From: Candidatus Limnocylindrales bacterium
GTDB lineage: Bacteria; Moduliflexota; Moduliflexia; Moduliflexales; JAUQPW01
Length of the DNA stretch: 64,000 nt
Reading direction: 5' to 3'
Assembly (NCBI GenBank): GCA_035559535.1
Contig: DATMBG010000051.1
Span: 62,001-126,000, forward strand
Shown: piece after piece, positions 19,823 through 30,179 of the stretch
Layout: each line of letters starts with the position of its first letter
Numbering within the stretch: the stretch's first letter is position 1
Notes under the pieces: model-generated
What the model saw: the letters and a program-made list of their open reading frames with translations, nothing else
Databases searched by the model: none
What the model was told of the DNA's origin: nothing
Position numbers and translations under genes: made by a program

Positions 19823-20545
19823 ATGCCTGAAAGTTTTAATTTCTCCGACTATACCGGTAAGGGCGTGAAGGTTGCCCTTATCGACAGTGGTATTAACCCG
19901 GTTCATTCCCATGTGAAACGGGTAAGTGGAGGGATCAGTCTGATCCTGGACGGGACGGGTAAAATTTCCTGGGGAACCAATTATCAGGATCAGATTGGTC
20001 ATGGCACGGCTCTTGCCGGTATTTTTCGTAAGAAAGCACCCGACGTGGACCTTTATGCCGTTAAAATATTTCATCGAATCCTAAAAACCCAGATCGAGGT
20101 TTTAAAGAAGGCTATAGAATGGGCCCTTCAGGCAGACATGAAAATCATTAATCTCAGTCTGGGAACCTCTAACCCGGACCACGAAACCCCCTTAAGAGCC
20201 CTCTGCGATGAGGCGGCAAGTCGAAAGGTTCTGATAGTCGCTTCGGGATTTCCAGAACAGAAAGCCGGTTATCCGGCTGTTTTTCCCAATGTGATCGGTG
20301 TAGCCGGAGATGAGCGTTGTGGCTGGGATGGTTATTTTTATGTAAAGGATCACCCTATCCCCTTCCGAGCTCATCCACAACCCCGACCGATTCCTGGAAT
20401 TCCCCAAGAACGAAATTTTAAGGGACATAGCTTCGCATCAGCCCATATCGGAGCTCTCATGGCCCGCATCGTAGAGAAATATCCCACAGCAGATTATCTG
20501 CAAGTAAAGGAGATTCTCATCTCCCATAGCCGTCCCCCTTTTTAA
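19823..20545 (+). CDS. qhpE: Subtilisin-like S8 protease, QhpE-like leader peptidase
   Basis: VALIDSG, GHGTA, INLSLG, YPA, GHSFA catalytic motifs; short, no signal peptide; ends the qhp operon. Confidence 0.85.
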   Translation: MPESFNFSDYTGKGVKVALIDSGINPVHSHVKRVSGGISLILDGTGKISWGTNYQDQIGHGTALAGIFRKKAPDVDLYAVKIFHRILKTQIEVLKKAIEWALQADMKIINLSLGTSNPDHETPLRALCDEAASRKVLIVASGFPEQKAGYPAVFPNVIGVAGDERCGWDGYFYVKDHPIPFRAHPQPRPIPGIPQERNFKGHSFASAHIGALMARIVEKYPTADYLQVKEILISHSRPPF

Positions 20546-20636
20546 TAAAAATTTCACAAGATAGTCCGTAGGTAAATATTTCTTTACAACAATTCCAAGA
20601 ACCATTATAATTTTTTTATCTATTTTTTAGATCCTA

Positions 20637-20690
20637 TATCATCAACCGGGACGGTTAACCTATCATCAACTGGGACGTTTGACCTACCAT
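20637..20690. repeat. 24-bp tandem direct repeat
   Basis: tatcatcaaccgggacggttaacc / tatcatcaactgggacgtttgacc / taccat. Confidence 0.7.
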
Positions 20691-20852
20691 TGCATTCTTT
20701 AGTAACTTAGTGATTTCGTTTATCCACGAAGAGGGTATAAAAGCAGGAGAAGGGGGGAAGTAGGTTAATCGTCTCGATTGATATAGTATCCATATCAATT
20801 TAGTAGATGGAAAAAGAAACACCCCCTATTCCCCCTCCAGGAGGATGGGGGG

Positions 20853-20897
20853 TGTTCAGACAGAAAAAGTGACACCTACTACATTGTTATAGTTACC
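20853..20897 (+). repeat. Dispersed 45-bp repeat, copy 1
   Basis: tgttcagacagaaaaagtgacacctactacattgttatagttacc; 39/45 identical to 54684-54728. Confidence 0.8.
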
Positions 20898-21241
20898 TTG
20901 ATATAGGAGAGCAAATTCTCCTACATTCCATATTTTTCCATTTTTCATGGTCCTTCGGGGGCTAGGGATCAAGAACTGTGAAAGTATAGATTTTCTATTC
21001 GATTCCCCCTGCGTGCGGGGGGATAAAGATAAAAGGGCTACTTTCATATCCATTCAAGTTTGAAAGGAACCATAAGCCGGGTCACGTTTAGGCTGAATCC
21101 CTGGATAAACCCCCGGGATAGGCCTGCCGAGGTATGAAAGGTATTGGTCCTTCGACACATCCAGAGCGAACAAAGGGAGGACGTAAAGTTTATAACCTAT
21201 TTTAAAGGGGATTTGGGATAAGATGGAGAGACCTTCCAACC

Positions 21242-21979
21242 ATGACAGAAAAAATCCTTCACATACACTACGAATTTAACCTAAAAAACGGAGTTCAAAA
21301 ACAATTTTCCCTTAACTTATCAGGTCCTACTCTGGCCCTGGAATCTGAACCAAAGCCATCCTATCCCGAATGGACGGTATTAACCCACCATCAGTGTTCC
21401 AACTGTCCACTCCATCCAGAACAACATCCTTATTGCCCTGTAGCGGTAAATCTGTCGGAAGTCATTGAATTTTTCAAGGACTTTTTATCTTTTGAAGAAG
21501 CTGAGGTAAGAATATATACCGAAGTCCGGGAGTATTATACCCGGACTCCCCTTCAAGAGGGTCTCAGTTCTTTAATCGGTCTTATCATGGTTACCAGTGG
21601 CTGTCCCATCCTGAATAAACTAAGACCCATGGCCTATACGCATCTTCCTTTTTCTTCCCTGGAAGAGACCAAGTATCGGGCTATTTCCATGTACCTGTTG
21701 GCCCAATATTTTTTATACAGAGAAGGGAAGAAACCCGATTGGGAAATCAAGAATCTGGTCCATATCTATGAGGAGATTATAAAAGTAAATCAAGATTTTT
21801 CTCGCCGGCTGGCGAGTATTTGTCCTAAGGATGCCAGTCTTAATGCCCTTGCAAGCCTGAGCTGCTTCGCTTCCATAACCTCTCTTTCTATCAAGGATGA
21901 TTATTTAGAGGATATAAAAGCGCTTTTTACCGTTTATCTGGATGAAAAAAACCTCTCCTCAGAAGTTAACCCATCTTGA
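21242..21979 (+). CDS. Conserved hypothetical Cys-containing protein (DUF6901-like)
   Basis: HQCSNCPL...CPVA, SGCPIL..LRPMA..HLPF...EET.YRA.SMYLL motifs. Confidence 0.7.
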   Translation: MTEKILHIHYEFNLKNGVQKQFSLNLSGPTLALESEPKPSYPEWTVLTHHQCSNCPLHPEQHPYCPVAVNLSEVIEFFKDFLSFEEAEVRIYTEVREYYTRTPLQEGLSSLIGLIMVTSGCPILNKLRPMAYTHLPFSSLEETKYRAISMYLLAQYFLYREGKKPDWEIKNLVHIYEEIIKVNQDFSRRLASICPKDASLNALASLSCFASITSLSIKDDYLEDIKALFTVYLDEKNLSSEVNPS

Positions 21980-22112
21980 GACCCTTCTTCCTGCAGGCGA
22001 GAGATTAACTTTTCTTTCACCTGTCCTTCACAAAGAATACCTTGACTTTTCAAGTTAAAACTATACCCTTATCAGATAAGATGACTTTTAGCTGACTTTC
22101 CTCAGATTACCC

Positions 22113-22889
22113 ATGAAATATCTCATTATCAACGCAGATGATTTTGGATTGACACCGGAAGTCAGTCGAGGGATTCTTCAAACTGTTCGGGAGGGCATTG
22201 TGACCAGTACTACCGTTCTGATTAATTCCCCTCATGTGGGAGAACTTCCGGAACTCCTTAAAACAAGGGTTGGAATTGGACTACATTTTAACCTTACCTG
22301 GGGTTCTCCCGTCTCTTCTCCGGAGGAAGTTCCCAGCCTGATCGATGAAAAAGGATTTTTTCACTCTGATCCCTCCTTTCTAGGTCCGGAAGGCGAGTCG
22401 GTCTATCCCAGGAAATCTGAGGAAATCCAAAAGGAGTTGGAAGCACAAGTTGAGCGATTTTTAAGGCTACTTCAGAAGCCTCCCACCCATATAGATGTCC
22501 ATAAACATGCCCATAAATATCCGACGGTATTAAATCCCCTTATAAGAGTAGCAAAAAAGTATCGAATACCGGTTCGTGCCATCAACTCTGGGATGAGGAC
22601 TGTACTTCAAGAAAATGGATTGGTTACTACCGATTTCTTCATGGGGGGTGCTTTACCGGAAGGACCTTACTGGACTAAAGAGCAACTCCTGACCACTCTC
22701 ATCCAGGTTCAACCTGGAGTAACCGAGATAATGTGCCATCCCGGGTACGTCCCGGAGCCGATTCCTGGTATGTTTTATAATCAACAGCGGGAGGTTGAGT
22801 TGAGGTCTTTCTGTGACCCGGAGGTTCAGGAAGAAATTAAGAAACAAGGAATTCAACTGGTGGATTTTTCATTTATTAATCGGCCATAA
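22113..22889 (+). CDS. ChbG/YdjC-family carbohydrate deacetylase
   Basis: LIINADDFG, GLHFNLT, HIDVHKH, EIMCHPG motifs. Confidence 0.92.
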   Translation: MKYLIINADDFGLTPEVSRGILQTVREGIVTSTTVLINSPHVGELPELLKTRVGIGLHFNLTWGSPVSSPEEVPSLIDEKGFFHSDPSFLGPEGESVYPRKSEEIQKELEAQVERFLRLLQKPPTHIDVHKHAHKYPTVLNPLIRVAKKYRIPVRAINSGMRTVLQENGLVTTDFFMGGALPEGPYWTKEQLLTTLIQVQPGVTEIMCHPGYVPEPIPGMFYNQQREVELRSFCDPEVQEEIKKQGIQLVDFSFINRP

Positions 22890-22979
22890 AGACACCAGGC
22901 CATTAAGATTTATGAAAAGATACTTCCTCCTCTTTGGGTGAACCTTGATGCCTTGGGTCTTTTTGGTCAAATCTCAATT

Positions 22980-24176
22980 ATGTCTAAATTAACCGTAGAT
23001 GACCTTAATCTTAAGGGACTCCGAGTGCTGATTCGAGTCGACTTTAACGTTCCTCTCAATGAAGCGGGAGAGATTACCGATGATACCCGGATTAGAGAGA
23101 CTTTACCGACCCTTCAAAAAATTCTTCGGGATAAGGGAAAATTGATTCTTATGTCCCATTTAGGAAGACCCAAGGGCCAGCGAGATCCTTCCCTGAGTTT
23201 GAAACCTGTAGCCGAGAGGCTTTCTGAGCTTTTGGGAATTCCGGTTTATATGGCTCCGGATTGTGTTGGAGAGGAGGTCGAAAGGATGGTGAATTCCCTG
23301 AAGCCTGGAGAGGTTCTCATGTTAGAGAATTTGCGGTTTCATCCAGAAGAAGAGGCCAACGATCCAACCTTTGCCCGGCAGCTTGCCAGACTCGGAGATG
23401 TTTATGTAAACGATGCCTTTGGAACTGCCCACCGGGCCCATGCCTCCACAGAAGGGGTTACAAAATTCTTTAAAAAATGTGCAGCCGGTTATCTGATGCA
23501 GAAAGAACTTAAATTTCTCGGGAAAGCTTTAGAAAATCCGGAAAAACCTTTTGTAACCATCCTGGGTGGTGCAAAAATCTCCGGGAAGATCGACGTCATT
23601 CGAAACCTTTTGCCCAAAGTGGATTATCTCCTTATAGGCGGTGGGATGATGTTTACCTTCCTTAAAGCCCAAGGATTTGAAATCGGAAAATCTTTACTGG
23701 AGAGTGATAAGATTCCACTGGCCAGAGAACTCTTGAATCAGGATAAAAAGGGAGGAGCCCAGTGGCTACTTCCCATTGATTGTGTGGTAGCCGACGAATT
23801 ATCCGAGACTGCAGTTACCCGGGTCGTTCCCATCCATGAAATTCCTCAAGATATGATTGGTGTGGATATCGGGCCTCAAACGATTGCTAAATTTACCGAG
23901 ATTATCCATCAAGGAAAAACCCTGCTATGGAATGGACCCATGGGAGTATTCGAGATTGATAAATTTGCCAGAGGAACGGAGGCCATTGCCAGGGCCATGG
24001 CTGAAGCAACGGAGAAGGGGGCTATCTCCATTGTAGGGGGAGGAGATTCTGCAGCGGCTGTAGCAAAGGCCGGTTTAACCCATAAAATGTCCCATATTTC
24101 CACGGGTGGGGGAGCCTCTCTGGAATTTTTAGAAGGAAAAGTCTTACCGGGGGTTGCTGCATTAACAGATAAATAA
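22980..24176 (+). CDS. pgk: Phosphoglycerate kinase
   Basis: [49 protein letters not shown]; start moved to MSKLT. Confidence 0.98.
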   Translation: MSKLTVDDLNLKGLRVLIRVDFNVPLNEAGEITDDTRIRETLPTLQKILRDKGKLILMSHLGRPKGQRDPSLSLKPVAERLSELLGIPVYMAPDCVGEEVERMVNSLKPGEVLMLENLRFHPEEEANDPTFARQLARLGDVYVNDAFGTAHRAHASTEGVTKFFKKCAAGYLMQKELKFLGKALENPEKPFVTILGGAKISGKIDVIRNLLPKVDYLLIGGGMMFTFLKAQGFEIGKSLLESDKIPLARELLNQDKKGGAQWLLPIDCVVADELSETAVTRVVPIHEIPQDMIGVDIGPQTIAKFTEIIHQGKTLLWNGPMGVFEIDKFARGTEAIARAMAEATEKGAISIVGGGDSAAAVAKAGLTHKMSHISTGGGASLEFLEGKVLPGVAALTDK

Positions 24177-24230
24177 GATACACTGTAATTTTTATTGACT
24201 TTTAAATCAAACAACGCTACGCTGGCTTCC

Positions 24231-25112
24231 ATGAAATTCGATGAAATCACCTTTGTGATTTTTGATTTTGAAACCACGGGAATGAGTCCGATTTACGGGG
24301 ACCATATCTGCGAAATAGGGGCCGTTAAGGTTAAAGGGAATACGACGTTAGGCCAGGTTAGCACCCTGATTAATCCCCAACATCCGATCTCTCCAGGGGC
24401 TACCGCAGTAAATGGAATCACCGATGAAATGGTAGCCCATGCCCCTTTGATCCGGGAAGTTCTTCCTGCTTTCTTAAAGTTTATTGAGGGGGCCATATTG
24501 GTTGCCCATAACGTTCCGTTTGACTTGAGTTTTTTAGCCGCGGCTGTGTATGAACAGGGGTTGGCCCCTCTTCCCAATCTTCTGATTGATACCCTTATTC
24601 TTTCCAGAAAACTCTACCCACAATACTCACGCCATAGCCTGGATGAATTACGCCAACGATTTCAAATCTTCTACCCGGGAGCTCATCGGGGACTTGGAGA
24701 TTCTCTGACTACGCGGGATGTACTCTGGATTTTTTTAGATGAAATAAAAAGACGGCATGGGGAAGATTTTGAATATCTTCTGAGATATCACGGCCCCCCT
24801 TATCTCTTTCCGGCTCAGATAAATTCGGATTTAATCTCCTACCCTCCAGAACTCCTGGAGGCCCTGGAAATTGCTTTACAAGAACGAAGATCTCTCTTTA
24901 TAGAGTATGTTCCAGAAGGTCAGAAAAGACCCGGTATCCGAAAGATCGATCCTTACTTCCTTGCACAGAGAGGTCCATATGTTTACCTTCGGGCTTATTG
25001 TCATCTTCGCCGGGAAATAAGGACTTTTAGACTGGATCGTATTGTACGGCTTAACCTCACGGAGTATCCATTCATCAAAAGTGCCACCGATTCAAGGGAA
25101 AAGGATTTTTAA
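24231..25112 (+). CDS. DEDDh 3'-5' exonuclease (DnaQ-like) fused to a C-terminal WYL domain
   Basis: FDFETTG, AHNVPFD, HRGLGD; C-terminal R.IDPY...YLRAYCHLRREIRTFRLDRI. Confidence 0.88.
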   Translation: MKFDEITFVIFDFETTGMSPIYGDHICEIGAVKVKGNTTLGQVSTLINPQHPISPGATAVNGITDEMVAHAPLIREVLPAFLKFIEGAILVAHNVPFDLSFLAAAVYEQGLAPLPNLLIDTLILSRKLYPQYSRHSLDELRQRFQIFYPGAHRGLGDSLTTRDVLWIFLDEIKRRHGEDFEYLLRYHGPPYLFPAQINSDLISYPPELLEALEIALQERRSLFIEYVPEGQKRPGIRKIDPYFLAQRGPYVYLRAYCHLRREIRTFRLDRIVRLNLTEYPFIKSATDSREKDF

Positions 25113-25300
25113 CCGGGGTCACTTTTTTCTACCCCAGGAGGGTCCCTAAAATAACCTTCCGACTTTCCATTTCATGCAGAATATAGAGAGAAAATCTTCA
25201 CAAAGAACAGAAGTCCGGACTTGGAAGTCGATAACCCGAAGGGGGGGTGAAAGACTCAATCTTGTGACTTCTAACTTCTGACTTCTGATTTCTGATTCTT

Positions 25301-26344
25301 ATGCCTTCAAAAACGCTCAAGATCGGAATAATTGGAGCAGGTAATATTGTTCGGCAACGTCATCTTCCCAATTTAAAGAAAATAGAGGGAGTTGAGGTTG
25401 TGGTTGTCTCCAATCGACGACGGGAAACTGCCGAGAAAGTTGCTCGAGATTTTAATATTCCAAGGGTGATGGATAACTGGCAAGAAGTTATCAAAATGCC
25501 CGAGTTGGATATTATCTGGATTGGTACCACCCCCTATATGCACGAGCCGATCACTTTGGCGGCTTTGGAAGCCGGGAAGCATGTATTTTGCCAGGCGAGG
25601 ATGGCCATGAACTATCAGCAGGCCAAAAACATGTACCAAAAATCCAGGCAAACCGATCGGGTAACCATGCTGTGTCCACCACCCCACGGAATGAAAGGAG
25701 ATCGCTTTATCCGGAAGCTAATTTCTGAGGGATTCCTGGGAAAGCTTTATCATGTTCGGTTGACAAGCCTGTCCGCTCAATTTGCAGATCCCGATCAACC
25801 GGTCCACTGGCGACAGGAAATCGAGGTATCCGGCTATAATGTGCTGGCTCTCGGGATTTACAACGAGGTTTTGAATCGCTGGGTCGGATACACCCGAAGT
25901 GTTCAGGCGAACAACAAAGTTTTTATTCCTACCCGGACCCACCCGGAAACAGGCAAACCTTATACCGTCCGGATCCCCGATTCTGTAACCATCCTGGCCG
26001 AATTGGAAAACGGTGCCCAGGGGGTCTATCATCTCAGTGGAGTGGCCCGATTCGCTCCGTCGGATACCATCGAGCTTTATGGAAGCGAAGGGACTCTGGT
26101 TTATCATATTCAAGGGGATACGATCCTGGGAGCCCGAAAGGGGGATAAAGAGCTCAAAACTATGGATATTCCCAAAGAATTGGAAAAATCCTGGACCGTT
26201 GAGCAAGACTTCATAGATGCGGTTCGAGAGGGAAAGCCGGTATCTCCGGATTTTTATGAAGGACTTCGATACATGGAATTTGTTGAGGCTGTGGCTCGAG
26301 CCGGTGAAACGGGACAGCGAATTACTCTGCCCCTGGAATCCTAA
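25301..26344 (+). CDS. Gfo/Idh/MocA-family oxidoreductase
   Basis: KIGIIGAG, ALEAGKHVFCQARMA, IELYGSEGTL. Confidence 0.9.
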   Translation: MPSKTLKIGIIGAGNIVRQRHLPNLKKIEGVEVVVVSNRRRETAEKVARDFNIPRVMDNWQEVIKMPELDIIWIGTTPYMHEPITLAALEAGKHVFCQARMAMNYQQAKNMYQKSRQTDRVTMLCPPPHGMKGDRFIRKLISEGFLGKLYHVRLTSLSAQFADPDQPVHWRQEIEVSGYNVLALGIYNEVLNRWVGYTRSVQANNKVFIPTRTHPETGKPYTVRIPDSVTILAELENGAQGVYHLSGVARFAPSDTIELYGSEGTLVYHIQGDTILGARKGDKELKTMDIPKELEKSWTVEQDFIDAVREGKPVSPDFYEGLRYMEFVEAVARAGETGQRITLPLES

Positions 26345-26437
26345 AGACCTACCCTGGCTCTTCGTTCATTGCCCGTGATGGTATCTGTCGTAAGGGATAA
26401 TGATCCTAACCGCGAGCAATGGACGAAGAACTGGATT

Positions 26438-27460
26438 ATGCCGGAAATTCGACAAAACATCGTCACCCGGGAATGGGTTATTATAGCAACGGAAAGGGCT
26501 AAAAGACCTGAGGATTTTGCCAAAAAAGAACCGACTAAGAAAGTACTTCCCGAGTTTAGCCCCTCCTGTCCGTTTTGTCCAGGAAATGAAGACCAGACAC
26601 CACCAGAGGTATTTAGATTAGAGGAAAAAGAATCCTGGTTGATTCGGGTCATTCCTAATAAATTTGCTGCTCTTTCCCGGGAGGGAATCTGTGAAAGAAA
26701 GGTAAACGGGATTAAACGCTCTGTATCCGGTGTTGGAATTCACGACGTTATCATTGAAACCCCCTCCCATAATCTTACCACAGCTTTACTTCCAGAAACA
26801 CACGTGGAGAAAATTTTACAGGCTTATAAGCGCCGTTACCGGGAAGTATGTGAAGACCCCCGGGTTGAGCAGGTGATTCTCTTCAAGAATCATGGGGAAA
26901 GTGCAGGAACTTCCCTGGAACATTCTCATTCCCAGCTTGTTGGGACCCCACTTACACCCTATCAAGTCCGTAACCGACTGGAGGAAGCGGCTCGATATTT
27001 TGATGATACCGGTGAATGCGTCTTTTGCAGAACTCTCCAGGATGAACGTCAGGATCAGGTGAGAGTTATCGCAGAGAACCCTCATTTTTTAGCCTTTATT
27101 CCCTACGCAGCCCTCTCACCTTTCCATACCTGGATATTTCCGAAAAATCATCAGGCCAGCTTCGGAGAGCTCCAAGATGAGGAAATTCCAGATTTATCGA
27201 GGGTGCTAAAACTTGTATTAGCAAAGCTGTACCATGGATTAGAAAATCCCGATTTTAATTATGTCATTCGGTCCGTTCCATATAAAGAAAAAGCCGTTGA
27301 GTATTACCACTGGTATATCAGTATTGTACCCAGATTAACCAAAGCCGCAGGGTTTGAGCTTGGCTCCGGCATGTATATTAATACGACTTTCCCAGAGGAG
27401 AGTGCTGCCTTTTTACGATCCGTTCAACTTCCCCACCTTGAAACAGGATTTAACACTTGA
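26438..27460 (+). CDS. galT: Galactose-1-phosphate uridylyltransferase
   Basis: MPEIRQN..TREWVIIATERAKRP, CPFCPGNE, FKNHG..AGTSLEHSHSQ, GFELGSG. Confidence 0.92.
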   Translation: MPEIRQNIVTREWVIIATERAKRPEDFAKKEPTKKVLPEFSPSCPFCPGNEDQTPPEVFRLEEKESWLIRVIPNKFAALSREGICERKVNGIKRSVSGVGIHDVIIETPSHNLTTALLPETHVEKILQAYKRRYREVCEDPRVEQVILFKNHGESAGTSLEHSHSQLVGTPLTPYQVRNRLEEAARYFDDTGECVFCRTLQDERQDQVRVIAENPHFLAFIPYAALSPFHTWIFPKNHQASFGELQDEEIPDLSRVLKLVLAKLYHGLENPDFNYVIRSVPYKEKAVEYYHWYISIVPRLTKAAGFELGSGMYINTTFPEESAAFLRSVQLPHLETGFNT

Positions 27461-27677
27461 AAACCCTGAGAAGGTTGCCGAGGCTTACTTTAAGTGGTAC
27501 TGGCAGAACGAGTTCCAAATTGCTGCCGATTTATTCGGACGTGCCAACAGATGAAATCCTGCCCATATCCTTACTTATTGGTGCTGGGTAGATGCCCTGT
27601 CTATAAGTAGCTATCTATCGGTTTCCCCCTATGTGGATAAAGAAAAAATCGAAAAAAGCCTTGTTAATTCCTCCCAC

Positions 27678-28090
27678 ATGCAGGGGGATATAATGGGGGC
27701 TCAAGTACCCAATGTACAAATGCGCAGAATGATACAGATATGCCGCCTGGAACTTATCTAATTATGCTTGATGACATTCCACTGGCAAGGGATACTGTCC
27801 ATGCCGATAGGTTCTACTGTCCGGTTGCCCCCGAAATTCTACAGATATTGGGGATTCCCAGGGAATCTTTAATCGAAGCCTTTCACTCCTTAACCGGTAA
27901 ACCCGGATGTTGGATGAGTCCGGACAACGGGGAAAAGATCACCGGCAGGGGTTTCAAGCTTTGGGATGATCCGTTAGTCTTCGTATTTTACCATCTTAAA
28001 GCCATATTACGTCAAAACCTGGTAGACCTCCTGGGAGTTCAAAAGGAAAAAATCTTCAACTTTCATCCAAAGATTAAATTTGTACTTTAG
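27678..28090 (+). pseudogene. Remnant of an FHIPEP (FlhA/SctV C-terminal-like) domain protein
   Basis: MGAQVPNVQMR / frameshift / NDTDMPPGTYLIML...GKPGCW...WDDPLVFVFYHLKAILRQNLVDLLGVQ resembles the FHIPEP cytoplasmic domain; truncated at both ends. Confidence 0.55.
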
Positions 28091-28195
28091 ATCTCACGGA
28101 AAAGGTATTGACAAGCAGACAGATCAACTGTAAAACCTAGAATTGACGGTTATGATTTTTACAACTTCAGGACAATTTGACAACAGGGAGATTAA

Positions 28196-29335
28196 ATGAT
28201 GAAACCGAATCGATTGGTAATCTTTTCTCTTTTAACTTGTTTTCTCATGGTCTTTGGAACCTGGCTTTGGGCGGAGCAAAAATCTATAAAGATAGGGGTT
28301 CTGGCTCCTTTGAGTGGGGAGCGGGCTCCCATTGGACGGATTATCAAAAACAGTGTTGAGATGGCCGTTGAGGATTTGAATAAAGAGGGTGGAATTAATG
28401 GGGCTTCTTTAGAGGTTGTTTACGAAGATGACCAGGATACAGAACAGGGAGCCGTTGAAGCTATAAAGAAGCTTGTCCAGGACCCTCAAGTGGTCGCAGT
28501 AATCGGAGAACTCTTCAGCCGTTTCGTTATGGCCAGTAAAGATGTTGTGGAACAGCAGGGAATTCCCTATCTTACAGGAGGGACCAGTCCCAGAACCACA
28601 GAGAATGCAAATTGGATCTTCCGGGTAGGAGCCAGCGATAACCTGCTTACCAACCTTATAGCTCAATATGTGGTAGAGGATTTAAAGTTAAAGAACCTGG
28701 CGGTCCTTCATGATAGTACGGGTATTCATAATACAAGGGCCGAGATGGTCGTCAAGATTCTCCAGGAAAAGTATGGAATTACCCCCCTGGTTCGCGAATC
28801 CTGGAAGCCGGGTGATAAAGATTTCAAGCCTCAACTGGAAAAAGTCAAATCCAATCCTGTACAGGCCATTATCGCACTGGGTGAGACTGCCGAAGGAGGG
28901 CCCTTCCTCAAGCAGGTAAAAGCTTTAGGCATTCAAGTTCCCATTGTTGCCCACAGAGACTTTGGTGTAAAAAGAGTTCTCGAAGAAGCCGGAGAAGCTG
29001 CCAATGGCGTTTTAATTGTGACCGAGTACATTCCGGCACTTCAAGAACCGCAACGTCAGGCCTGGACGGTGGACTATCAAAAACGTTATGGGACTGAACC
29101 CAATGTCATTGCAGCTCAATATTTCGACGCAGTCCTTCTTTTGGCTGAAGCTGCAAAAAAAGGTGGGGCTAGTAGAGAAGGAATCAAAACCGGATTAAAA
29201 CAACTGAAAGGCTTCCCAGGAGTTATGGCCGATTATACCTTCGACGAGAAAAATAACGGGGTCCATCGGTTTTACGTAGCCAGAATCGAGGGAGGAAAAC
29301 CAACCCTGGTGACCGTGCTCGAGGAGAAAGATTAA
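28196..29335 (+). CDS. Branched-chain amino acid-type ABC substrate-binding protein (LivJ-like), orphan
   Basis: Signal peptide; IKIGVLAPLSG, GGING, WIFRVG, DKDF..QL. Confidence 0.9.
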   Translation: MMKPNRLVIFSLLTCFLMVFGTWLWAEQKSIKIGVLAPLSGERAPIGRIIKNSVEMAVEDLNKEGGINGASLEVVYEDDQDTEQGAVEAIKKLVQDPQVVAVIGELFSRFVMASKDVVEQQGIPYLTGGTSPRTTENANWIFRVGASDNLLTNLIAQYVVEDLKLKNLAVLHDSTGIHNTRAEMVVKILQEKYGITPLVRESWKPGDKDFKPQLEKVKSNPVQAIIALGETAEGGPFLKQVKALGIQVPIVAHRDFGVKRVLEEAGEAANGVLIVTEYIPALQEPQRQAWTVDYQKRYGTEPNVIAAQYFDAVLLLAEAAKKGGASREGIKTGLKQLKGFPGVMADYTFDEKNNGVHRFYVARIEGGKPTLVTVLEEKD

Positions 29336-29388
29336 CCCCTGGAGGTATAAAGACACAAAGAAAACACTACTTACGAAGGATCACTAAA

Positions 29389-29510
29389 AGTATGGGAGTA
29401 TGAGGGTGTAGAAGTATAGAAGTGTGGGAGTATGGGAGTATGGAAGTATGGGGGTTTTATCTCCCACACTCCCATACTCCCGCCCCCCTATACTCCCATA
29501 CTCCCATACT
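29389..29510. repeat. Palindromic octamer tandem repeat
   Basis: gtatgggagtatgagggt...gtgtgggagtatgggagtatgg followed by ctcccacactcccatactcc... Confidence 0.8.
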
Positions 29511-29524
29511 TTTAGTAACCCTGC

Positions 29525-30166
29525 GTGGAAAATTTTAGGTACCTTACAGTTTCTATGGTCAGATATGAACTGAGAAGGTTCTTGAAGGTGAGATGGATAC
29601 TTGTGCTTGTGCTTCTGATTTTTTTACTAATCTTGCAAATTCCAGGTTTTGCCGGAGATAAAAAAGAAATGATCAAGGAAAAGGTAAGCGATGCCTGGAT
29701 CACGGCTAAAGTAAAAGCAGCTTTATGGAATGACAAAAGGATTATGTCCAGGTATATCGGTATCCATACCGAAGAAGGAGTTGTCACCCTCAGTGGAGCC
29801 GTTAAATCTCAAGAGGAAAAAGATCTTATTTTAAGCACAGTGATTTCCATTAAAGGGGTAACAGGCGTTCGAGATATCTTACTTACTTATAAAGAGTTGG
29901 GAGAGGATTGTTCTCATCTTCGCTATTCAGATCATTTGAAAGATGCTCTGATCACGGCTAAGGTCAGAACTATCCTGACAGTTGATAAGATTGAAAGCTT
30001 GAGAACTTTATCGGTTATTAACGTGGATACGTGTAACGGTGTTGTAGTGGTGGTGGGTAAGGTCAGATCTGAAAAGGAAAAAGAAATAGCCATCAAATTA
30101 GTTGAAAAAATTGAAGATGTAGTTAAGGTCATCGATCTCATCTCGATCCTTCCGGTTGAAATCTAA
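29525..30166 (+). CDS. Two-BON-domain (OsmY-like) exported protein
   Basis: DAWITAKVKAAL...GVVTLSG and DALITAKVR...GVVVVVG; start uncertain. Confidence 0.85.
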   Translation: MENFRYLTVSMVRYELRRFLKVRWILVLVLLIFLLILQIPGFAGDKKEMIKEKVSDAWITAKVKAALWNDKRIMSRYIGIHTEEGVVTLSGAVKSQEEKDLILSTVISIKGVTGVRDILLTYKELGEDCSHLRYSDHLKDALITAKVRTILTVDKIESLRTLSVINVDTCNGVVVVVGKVRSEKEKEIAIKLVEKIEDVVKVIDLISILPVEI

Positions 30167-30179
30167 TGAAGGCGGCAAA

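Noticed and set aside
20637-20690. 24-bp repeats as a mini CRISPR array
   Set aside because: The repeats are directly adjacent with no spacer.
21050-21190. Possible structured ncRNA (6S-like) upstream of the DUF6901-like gene
   Set aside because: Only partial stems; I could not form the closing helix or match a known family by eye.
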